Below, one piece after another: positions 1-5,983 of a DNA stretch of 7,871 nucleotides. Both the position numbers and the translations under genes were made by a program. Source of the DNA: Candidatus Auribacterota bacterium (GTDB lineage: Bacteria; Auribacterota; UBA6266); assembly GCA_023136205.1 (NCBI GenBank), contig JAGLRQ010000113.1:1-7871 (forward strand). The letters run 5' to 3'. The notes below the pieces were generated by a model. The model had not been told where the DNA came from and ran no database searches. It saw only the letters and a list, made by a program, of their open reading frames with translations. Position 1 is the stretch's first letter. Every line of letters starts with the position of its first letter.

Positions 1-720
1 TCAAAAGAAATCAATCTTCCGTTTTTTAAGAGTTTAATCGAAAAACTTCCTTTTGTCACGGTTAAGTCCGCTGTTTCTATGGATGGTAAAATAGCGGCAA
101 AAACAGGAGATTCTAAATGGATTTCTTCAATTGAATCAAGAAAATACGGCCATTTATTAAGGAAAGAGGCGGATGCGGTTCTTACCGGGATTAATACTGT
201 AATCAAAGATGACCCCTTGTTTACCGTAAGACATGTTAAAAGTGCAAAGGATATTATAAGAGTAATTGTTGATACAAATTGCCGTTTGCCTTTGGAAAGC
301 AATATTGTGCGCAAGCGGCCGGAATTGACTTTGGTTGCTGTCGGGAAAGATATTGCAAAAACAAAAATCAAAAGATTGAAAGATCTTGGGCTGGAAGTCC
401 TGGAGGTTGATAGGGATAACAGCGGGAAGATCAACCTGAAAAAATTGCTCAAAATACTTTCAGCCAGGGGTATTAATAATATTCTCTGCGAATCCGGAGG
501 TTCTTTGACAGCATCTCTCTTTAAGAACAAGCTGGTTGACCGCATCGTGTTTTTTATATCCCCAATGATTATTGGGGGCAAAGATGCTCCTACAGCGGTG
601 GAAGGCAACGGGGTGAAGAAAATCGATTCCGCCGTAAAAATAGAAAACACAAAGATGAAAAAATCAGGGGGAGATTTTATGATTACCGGTGATGTTAACA
701 CGGAATGGAGGAATTTTTAA
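1..720 (+). CDS. ribD: Riboflavin biosynthesis protein RibD, C-terminal 5-amino-6-(5-phosphoribosylamino)uracil reductase domain; 5'-truncated by the window edge
   Basis: Frame 1 is open from base 1 (SKEINLPFFKSLIEKLPFVTVKSAVSMDGKIA...), so the ATG at 79 is internal. The PFVT-K-x-A-x-S-x-DGKIA motif, the SR..GH.LR...DAVL.G..TV..DDP.FTVR block and the CE.GG.L..SL block match the RibD reductase domain layout. Stop TAA at 718-720. Riboflavin synthase follows directly. Confidence 0.85.
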   Translation, partial: SKEINLPFFKSLIEKLPFVTVKSAVSMDGKIAAKTGDSKWISSIESRKYGHLLRKEADAVLTGINTVIKDDPLFTVRHVKSAKDIIRVIVDTNCRLPLESNIVRKRPELTLVAVGKDIAKTKIKRLKDLGLEVLEVDRDNSGKINLKKLLKILSARGINNILCESGGSLTASLFKNKLVDRIVFFISPMIIGGKDAPTAVEGNGVKKIDSAVKIENTKMKKSGGDFMITGDVNTEWRNF

Positions 721-722
721 GA

Positions 723-1358
723 ATGTTTACCGGGATAATAGAGTCTGTTGGCGTTATTTTAAGAATTGGAAAAAAATCAGGGAATCTGGAAATTGAAATA
801 GAGGCTTTGAATTTCCTTGATGATGTCGGGATTGGCGACAGTATATCTGTAGATGGAATCTGTTTAAGCGTTTGCAGTAAAACGGGTGAGTCTTTTTGCG
901 CAAACCTTCTTGCTGAAACCGTAAAAAGATCTACATTTGATTCGGCATGCGCAGGCCGAAAGGTAAACCTGGAAAAATCTTTGAAATCCGGATCGCGTTT
1001 CTCAGGGCACATAGTTACGGGACACGTTGACGAAACGGGAGAAATTCTGGAAGCAAAAAATTATTCCGGAGATATGGAGTTAAAAATAAAAATCCGTCCG
1101 GAGACTGTAAAATATATTGTGGAGAAAGGTTCTGTTGCTGTAAACGGTGTTAGCTTAACAGTGGTAAATGAGGGGAAAGATTATTTTACGGTTCGGCTGA
1201 TTCCTTTGACAGCGGGAAAAACGAATTTAGATAAAGTTCGAAAGGGTAACAAGGTAAACATAGAAGCCGATATTCTTGCTAAATATGCCGCTAAAGCATC
1301 CGGCAGGAATAAACCATCTAAAATAACCCTCAAGTTTCTCAAAGAAAAAGGTTTTTAA
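723..1358 (+). CDS. ribE: Riboflavin synthase (alpha chain)
   Basis: The canonical N-terminus MFTGIIE begins at ATG 723, with GGAGG at 708-712 about 10 nt upstream. The track start at 705 only adds MEEFLR. The duplicated lumazine-binding repeat layout is present (GDSISVDGICLSV... and GSVAVNGVSLTV...). It can be laid alongside E. coli riboflavin synthase from memory (GHxxxGHV, LIPxT, VNIExD). Confidence 0.9.
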   Translation: MFTGIIESVGVILRIGKKSGNLEIEIEALNFLDDVGIGDSISVDGICLSVCSKTGESFCANLLAETVKRSTFDSACAGRKVNLEKSLKSGSRFSGHIVTGHVDETGEILEAKNYSGDMELKIKIRPETVKYIVEKGSVAVNGVSLTVVNEGKDYFTVRLIPLTAGKTNLDKVRKGNKVNIEADILAKYAAKASGRNKPSKITLKFLKEKGF

Positions 1359-1375
1359 TAAAAAAGGGCCCGTTA

Positions 1376-2224
1376 GTGTACCGCTTTGTAAAATCTTGCA
1401 TTGTATTTTTAATAGTTTTTCATGGAGTTTTTTTCTTTTCATCCTTTTCCCGCTCCTCGGATGATTTAAGAATTGTATGTCTTTCTCCCGCCGCAACAGA
1501 AATATTATTTGATCTGGGTGCGGATAAGTGGCTTGCGGGAATTACAAATGAGTGTGATTATCCTCCCGCGACAAAAGGTATCCCGAAAGTCGGAACCTTT
1601 TCGAATCCTTCCGTTGAATATATTCTCGAAAAGAATCCGGATATAGTAATAACTGACGGGCTCGAACAGCAGATCATGGCTTATAATCTGCGGAAATTCG
1701 GGATAAAAACCCTGACTATTTTTCCATCGGATTTTGAAGGCCTGTTTGACGCGTATATTAAAATCGGAGATATATGCGGACTTAAAAGGGAAGCCCTTGA
1801 AAAGGTAAGGTTAATGAAAAATGATATTGGCCGGGTTCTTAAAAAAGTTAAACATCTTAAAAAAAAGCCTCAAGTATTTGTTGAGATCTGGAGTAAACCT
1901 TTGATAACAGCAGCAAAAGGTTCACACATAGATGAAGTTTTAAGGTTAGCAGGAGGAATTAATATTGCCTATAATTGCCCCCGTCCTTACAGTAGAGTCA
2001 GCCCCGAGCTTGTTATAATTTCTAATCCTGATATAATTGTTCTCGCCTATAAAGATGAAAGTAATATCGGTTTGAGGGAAGGCTGGCAGAATATTAATGC
2101 TGTTAAAAAGGGGTTTGTCTGCAATGACATCAATCCTGATTTTCTTGTAAGAGCCGGGCCCAGACTGATTGAGGGTCTGGAAAAACTGCGTAAACTTATA
2201 GAAAAATGGGATATGCAAAATTGA
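1376..2224 (+). CDS. btuF: Periplasmic substrate-binding protein of a BtuF/FecB-type (TroA-like cluster A) ABC importer; most resembles cobalamin-binding BtuF
   Basis: GTG start with AAGGG 7 nt upstream and a hydrophobic signal peptide. RIVCLSPAATEILFDLGA..LAGIT..CDYPP, KP.VFVEIWSKPLITAAKGSHIDEVLRLAGG.N, SPE.VI..NPDIIV and R.GPRLIEGLE..R match the BtuF layout as I recall it from E. coli. Aromatic residues (VGTF, RPYSRVS) sit where E. coli BtuF has its corrin-stacking Trp residues. Substrate assignment is an inference; an iron-siderophore or heme substrate is not excluded. Confidence 0.72.
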   Translation: MYRFVKSCIVFLIVFHGVFFFSSFSRSSDDLRIVCLSPAATEILFDLGADKWLAGITNECDYPPATKGIPKVGTFSNPSVEYILEKNPDIVITDGLEQQIMAYNLRKFGIKTLTIFPSDFEGLFDAYIKIGDICGLKREALEKVRLMKNDIGRVLKKVKHLKKKPQVFVEIWSKPLITAAKGSHIDEVLRLAGGINIAYNCPRPYSRVSPELVIISNPDIIVLAYKDESNIGLREGWQNINAVKKGFVCNDINPDFLVRAGPRLIEGLEKLRKLIEKWDMQN

Positions 2225-3201
2225 AGAAAATAACAGTGATATTATTAGTTGCTCTTGTAACAGCGGGTTTGTTCATGACATCCCTTCTTGTGGGCCCCGC
2301 GGATATTAATATTGGTAATATTTTTGATTATTTTTGCGGGAAATATAACCCGGTTATTCACCTGAGGTTTATGAGAGCCTGTATGGCAGTGATATCCGCT
2401 GCCGGCCTTTCAGCAGCCGGGGTATTTTTGCAGGGGTTGTTGCGAAATCCTCTTGCCGGCCCGTATATCCTCGGCATATCCGCCGGCTCAGCAATCGGCG
2501 CGGTAGGTGCAATTTGCTGCGGGCTCGGCACAGCTTTTATATTGCTTCCAGTACCTATGGTATGCGCGTTTATTGGCGCAATCATTACAATAATTGTTGT
2601 TTACAGGTTAGCTCTTAAAGACGGAAATCTGTCTGTTCAGAATCTAATACTTGCCGGAATTGCAGTTAATTCTCTACTTTCCAGCGTATTGCTTTTTGCA
2701 ATATACTCTTCAAAAAATGAAGCGATAAACGGCATAATCTGGTGGCTGCTCGGAAGTTTACAGGTTTTTGATATTAGGATAGTTTTGTTTTCCGGGGGTA
2801 TTGTTTCGGCTTCTATTTTACTTGCTATCCCTTTAACAAAGGAATTAAATGCTGTTTCCATAGGTGATGACCTGGCAACATATGTCGGGATAAAAGTTGA
2901 ATGGATTAAAACCATTTTCTTTGTTCTTTCAGGAATTATGACAGCTGCTGTTGTGTCCAGTGTTGGAATGATCGGGTTTGTCGGACTTGTTATTCCTCAT
3001 ATAACAAGGAAGTTGTTCGGCCCTGATATCAGGGTTCTTTTACCGGCATCTGTAGTAATCGGTTCAGGATTTCTGCTTATTGCCGACATGCTTTGTAGAA
3101 TTCTCTTTATTCCGGCCGAATTGCCAATAGGAATTGTAACATCTCTGGTAGGGGCGCCGTTTTTTATTTTTATCCTGGTCATCACGAGGAAAGGTTCATG
3201 A
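2206..3201 (+). CDS. FecCD/BtuC-family ABC transporter permease (iron-chelate/cobalamin uptake type)
   Basis: 331 aa, highly hydrophobic and multi-spanning, with Gly/Ala-rich helices typical of FecCD permeases (LRNPLAGPYILGISAGSAIGA, GMIGFVGLVIPHI.R, LP.GIVTSL.GAPFFI.IL). Overlaps the PBP stop by 19 nt. An alternative TTG start at 2221 would give a TTGA-type overlap. The end overlaps the ATPase start (ATGA at 3198-3201). Confidence 0.85.
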   Translation: MGYAKLKKITVILLVALVTAGLFMTSLLVGPADINIGNIFDYFCGKYNPVIHLRFMRACMAVISAAGLSAAGVFLQGLLRNPLAGPYILGISAGSAIGAVGAICCGLGTAFILLPVPMVCAFIGAIITIIVVYRLALKDGNLSVQNLILAGIAVNSLLSSVLLFAIYSSKNEAINGIIWWLLGSLQVFDIRIVLFSGGIVSASILLAIPLTKELNAVSIGDDLATYVGIKVEWIKTIFFVLSGIMTAAVVSSVGMIGFVGLVIPHITRKLFGPDIRVLLPASVVIGSGFLLIADMLCRILFIPAELPIGIVTSLVGAPFFIFILVITRKGS

Positions 3202-3965
3202 AAAATAATATTCTTGAATTAAAAGATGTAACGGCGGGATATGGTTCCAAAGAGGTTCTTAAAAACATTTCCTTCTTCGTAAAAGAAGGGTCTTTTACCG
3301 GTATAATCGGGCCAAACGGTTCGGGAAAATCAACTCTTGTTAAAACTCTGGGGAACTTTTTAAAACCAGACAGGGGAATCATTTATTACCGCGAAACCGA
3401 TGTCAGGAATATAACTCATAAAGAATATGCGAAGAAAATCACTGTAGTTCCTCAGGAAACAAAAACTGTTTTTGACTATACTGTCAGGGATTTTGTAACT
3501 ATGGGCAGGTATCCATATACGGGATTCTGGGGCACACTGTCAAAAGAAGACACAAAAGAAATCGAAGAAGTTCTATTTACAACTGGGCTTAATAAGTGTT
3601 GCGCGAAAAACATTAATGAAATGAGCGGGGGAGAAAAGCAGATGGTTTTTCTCGCAAGAGCCCTCTGTCAAAAAACTTCTCTGATAGTCCTTGATGAGCC
3701 GCTAACCTTTCTTGATATTAAACATCAAAAAATAATCATACACATCCTTGAAAAGTTCAACAAAGAAAAAGCCCTTACAGTACTGATGGTTGTACATGAT
3801 ATAAATACAGTTTTGAAACACTGTACCGATACAATAATTCTGAATGAAGGAAGTGTTTACGCTTCGGGAAACACAGAGGCAACAGTAAACAAAGAAACAA
3901 TCCGCGAGATATTTGAAACAGAAGTTGAATTTGTTAAATGCGGAGACAAAAACTTATTTTTCTGA
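3198..3965 (+). CDS. ABC transporter ATP-binding protein, BtuD/FepC/FhuC family
   Basis: Walker A GPNGSGKST, signature MSGGEKQ, Walker B LIVLDEP and H-loop VVHDIN. AGGAAAGG RBS upstream. ATGA start/stop overlap with the permease. Confidence 0.9.
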   Translation: MKNNILELKDVTAGYGSKEVLKNISFFVKEGSFTGIIGPNGSGKSTLVKTLGNFLKPDRGIIYYRETDVRNITHKEYAKKITVVPQETKTVFDYTVRDFVTMGRYPYTGFWGTLSKEDTKEIEEVLFTTGLNKCCAKNINEMSGGEKQMVFLARALCQKTSLIVLDEPLTFLDIKHQKIIIHILEKFNKEKALTVLMVVHDINTVLKHCTDTIILNEGSVYASGNTEATVNKETIREIFETEVEFVKCGDKNLFF

Positions 3966-3971
3966 TCATGT

Positions 3972-4631
3972 CTATTGTTTTATCTCAAAAACAATATTAG
4001 TGTTAAACCCTATTTCAGATTGGCCTATTTCTTTTGGAAATTTTGGAAAGAGTTTCGAAGCTTCTTTTAATACTGCTATAGCGGCGGGGGAAAATACTTC
4101 GTCAGTTGTTCTAATTACCTCAATAAAAGTTACTCTTCCTTTTTTGTTTAAATAAAAGAGTATTGTTACTTCTCCTGATACAAGCTCTCGTTTTTTTGCT
4201 TCTTCAGGAAAGTAATCTAAGGTAATTTCTGCTATAATACTATTCAATTGTTTTTGGTACTGTCTAACAAGTACAATCTGTGATGCAAATTCTTTTTTGG
4301 CTTTTTCAAGGGTTTTTCTTGATTCTTCTTTTTCAACTTCTTTTTCAGGCTGAGGTTTAATGATTTTTTTTGCCTGGGCTTTTTTTATCTGTTCCTTCTT
4401 TTTATCCTTGTTTTTTACATGAACAGAGGATGTTATTTTTGGTATTTTGATTTGCTCGGGCTGAAGCTCCGGAAATTGCGCGTAATAAAGAAGAACTTCA
4501 AGGTATTTATCCTTTTTGTTCTTAGATGCAAGCATTCTTAAAGTCGGCGATGCGCCCAGTACTATCAGGTGAATCGAGATCGAAATAAAAAATGAAAGCA
4601 ATAATAATCTATTTCTGAAAAAAGCTGCCAT
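3972..4631 (-). CDS. tonB: TonB-family energy transducer (N-terminal anchor with SxxxH motif, Lys/Glu-rich linker, TonB_C domain)
   Basis: The anchor RLLLLSFFISISIHLIVLG carries S-I-S-I-H, matching the E. coli TonB S-V-C-I-H (SxxxH) motif. The C-terminus YFPEEAKKRELVSGEVTILFYLNKKGRVTFIEVIRTTDEVFSPAAIAVLKEASKLFPKFP fits the TonB_C pattern (YP..A....G.V.v.F.i...G.v........s.....aA..a......P.P). I prefer the ATG at 4631 (purine-rich AGAGAGA upstream) over the track's GTG at 4703, which lacks any SD. That start would add a 24-aa non-TonB-like extension through a GC-rich hairpin. Confidence 0.8.
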   Translation of the reverse strand: MAAFFRNRLLLLSFFISISIHLIVLGASPTLRMLASKNKKDKYLEVLLYYAQFPELQPEQIKIPKITSSVHVKNKDKKKEQIKKAQAKKIIKPQPEKEVEKEESRKTLEKAKKEFASQIVLVRQYQKQLNSIIAEITLDYFPEEAKKRELVSGEVTILFYLNKKGRVTFIEVIRTTDEVFSPAAIAVLKEASKLFPKFPKEIGQSEIGFNTNIVFEIKQ

Positions 4632-4803
4632 AATTTCTCTCTTTGTGAATCGTATAAAAGCCGTATGTAGTCCCCTCAGGGGAGGCTGCGCTACGCTTCG
4701 CACTATCTTGTGAATTGATTAAATACTACACAACAAGTGTGCTATTAACAAGTGTCAAATATATTAATATCGAAATTTTAATAAAATTTAACTGAATAAA
4801 TTC

Positions 4804-4831
4804 TTGACATAACAGAAAAAGAGTATAAAAT
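4804..4831 (+). promoter_or_regulatory. Sigma70-like promoter of the riboswitch-controlled operon (TTGACA-16 nt-TAAAAT)
   Basis: Perfect -35 TTGACA at 4804-4809. -10 TAAAAT at 4826-4831 after a 16-nt spacer. It lies about 30 nt upstream of the riboswitch aptamer. Confidence 0.6.
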
Positions 4832-4861
4832 GATGCCGACTTTTGTTCTTTAATTTTTAGT

Positions 4862-4960
4862 TATGGTTTTCAGTGTCAGGGAAATCCCGTGAGAGCCGGG
4901 AGCTGGGCCGCAGCTGTAATCGGTGTAAAACCGTAAGCCAGAATACCTGTCTGAAAAAAA
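4862..4960 (+). promoter_or_regulatory. Cobalamin (B12) riboswitch aptamer, Rfam RF00174-like
   Basis: B12 box AAGCCAGAATACCTGTCT at 4935-4952 matches the consensus rAGYCMGgAgaCCkGCcd at 15 of 18 positions. Core cAGGGAAatCCCGTGAGAGCCGGGAGCTGGGCCGCAGCTGTAA at 4877-4919 parallels the conserved AGGGAA...GGTG.(A)A.CC...GC.GC..CTGTAA layout. Closing helices are TTTTCAG(4867-4873)/CTGAAAA(4951-4957) and CAGG(4877-4880)/CCTG(4946-4949). There is a peripheral hairpin CGGT-gtaaa-ACCG at 4921-4933. Boundaries are approximate. Confidence 0.88.
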
Positions 4961-4994
4961 TTTAATCTTCTCCGGAACCGAGAAAAGACGAAGG

Positions 4995-5028
4995 CCCGTT
5001 CTCACAAAAAGGAGAAACGGGTTTTTTT
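4995..5028 (+). terminator. Intrinsic terminator forming the riboswitch expression platform (transcription attenuation)
   Basis: Stem CCCGTTCTC (4995-5003) pairs with GAGAAACGGG (5012-5021) with one bulged A, followed by T7 at 5022-5028. It lies between the aptamer and the RBS (AAGGAG 5053-5058) of the ORF starting at 5066. Confidence 0.8.
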
Positions 5029-5065
5029 GTTGTCTGAAACCGGAGGCAACGAAAGGAGCAGTTAG

Positions 5066-5983
5066 ATGTGTAAGTTTTTATTGAGCAGTTTTTTGGTTTT
5101 GTTGTGTGTATCGCCTCTTGCTTTTTCAGAGGTAGCTTCATGGACTGAGGATTTCAGCAGCCCTTCCGGATGGACATACGAAGGGGAAACAGGGACTCAG
5201 CTTTTTACCCATAATGGGACTCAGGGCAATGTTAACGCGCTATGGAAATCAGATAAGAGCACCAGCCGCTATTACAAGAGCTTGGGCGGAAGTATAACAG
5301 AATCAAGTTCTTTCTCTTTCGGGTGTGATTTACAGATAAACGATCTGGTACAGAACCCTTGGGGTATGCAAATTGGTTTTGGCCTTTTTAATACCGCTAA
5401 TACCGGTGATAACAGGGTAGGTTATTATGACGGAGACTGGGGTTACCATAGTGGAAATACTATAAATACATTTGAATTAAGTTATTTCCCTTATCAAGAC
5501 GGATGGGGAGGGCCATGGTTTGGAGGAACCATAATGCCCGAGGTTGATAATGAGCCTGGCGAACCCGGGAATCAGGTCAAGATTGTTTATTCCGGCGAAA
5601 CTGTCACATATAAAACTGTGGGATTTGACGAAGGGGCACTCCCTTACGATGCTTGGCTGTACACAGAAGCTACATACGACGGAAGCTCTAAAGAAGCGCT
5701 TTTTAGCATATATACCAACCAAGAAAAAACAACACTTCTATCTGTAAACGGACAGATAGCTCAGTCTTCCTTTATTTATACCGGAGACGCTTTCTCGGTA
5801 GATGCTTTAGGGTTTTTTAGTTATTACGATTATCTGGACAGTACCCCTGTTTCTCCTTCACTTAGTGGTGTTGGCATTTTTGATAATGCTTACTTTAATG
5901 TGGTTCCGGAACCTTCCAGTTGGATATGCTTTACCTTAGGGCTGGTTTCACTATGGTGTTTTAAAAGAAAGAAAACCGCATGA
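5066..5983 (+). CDS. Secreted PEP-CTERM-anchored protein of unknown function, aromatic/Gly-rich; a beta-sandwich fold is a guess
   Basis: AAGGAG RBS 7 nt upstream. Signal peptide MCKFLLSSFLVLLCVSPLAFS|EV. The C-terminal sorting signal VPEP-SSWICFTLGLVSLWCF-KRKK (nt 5903-5980) is a textbook PEP-CTERM: motif, TM helix, basic tail. The mature region is rich in W/Y/G (GDWGYHSG, DGWGGPWFGG). It starts W.EDF and ends IFDNAYF, reminiscent of LamG/concanavalin-like modules. I recognise no characterised family. Confidence 0.8.
   Translation: MCKFLLSSFLVLLCVSPLAFSEVASWTEDFSSPSGWTYEGETGTQLFTHNGTQGNVNALWKSDKSTSRYYKSLGGSITESSSFSFGCDLQINDLVQNPWGMQIGFGLFNTANTGDNRVGYYDGDWGYHSGNTINTFELSYFPYQDGWGGPWFGGTIMPEVDNEPGEPGNQVKIVYSGETVTYKTVGFDEGALPYDAWLYTEATYDGSSKEALFSIYTNQEKTTLLSVNGQIAQSSFIYTGDAFSVDALGFFSYYDYLDSTPVSPSLSGVGIFDNAYFNVVPEPSSWICFTLGLVSLWCFKRKKTA

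Noticed and set aside
705-722. Track start codon at 705 for riboflavin synthase (MEEFLR extension)
   Set aside because: Riboflavin synthases begin with MFTGI. ATG 723 gives exactly that, with GGAGG about 10 nt upstream. ATG 705 lies inside ribD and has no SD.
1359-1375. A second B12 riboswitch or a Fur box ahead of the ABC importer
   Set aside because: The gap is only 17 nt (TAATAAAAAAGGGCCCGTTA-type sequence), too short for an aptamer. Nothing resembles GATAATGATAATCATTATC.
695-3382. Minus-strand ORFs 695-1012, 1227-1496, 1946-2218, 2358-2585, 2637-2915, 2997-3185 and 3182-3382
   Set aside because: All lie antisense within well-supported + strand genes (ribE, PBP, permease, ATPase). They have low-complexity or odd composition, no recognisable motifs and no RBS, so they are shadow ORFs.
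3913-4155. + strand 80-aa ORF overlapping the 3' end of the ATPase gene and antisense to tonB
   Set aside because: It is out of frame with the ATPase, antisense to the conserved TonB_C coding region, and has no RBS or motif. It is a shadow ORF.
4290-4440. Pyrimidine-rich low-complexity stretch (poly-T/CTT runs) as a possible repeat element
   Set aside because: It is the antisense of the Lys/Glu-rich TonB linker codons (AAA/AAG/GAA). It is coding low complexity, not a discrete repeat or mobile element.
4632-4703. GTG 4703 as the tonB start (24-aa N-terminal extension MRSVAQPPLRGLHTAFIRFTKREI)
   Set aside because: The start codon is GTG with no SD upstream. The extension runs through a GC-rich hairpin and is unlike TonB N-termini. 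ATG 4631 yields the standard short cytoplasmic tail plus the SxxxH anchor. It is kept as an open alternative in the findings.
4773-4789. 17-bp A/T palindrome as a Fur box
   Set aside because: It consists only of A/T and lacks the G/C positions of the Fur consensus. It is retained only as a generic candidate operator or UP-like element.
5477-5747. ORFs 5477-5722 (-) and 5544-5747 (+) inside the PEP-CTERM gene
   Set aside because: They are embedded in a longer ORF that has an RBS, a signal peptide and a C-terminal sorting signal. There is no independent support.
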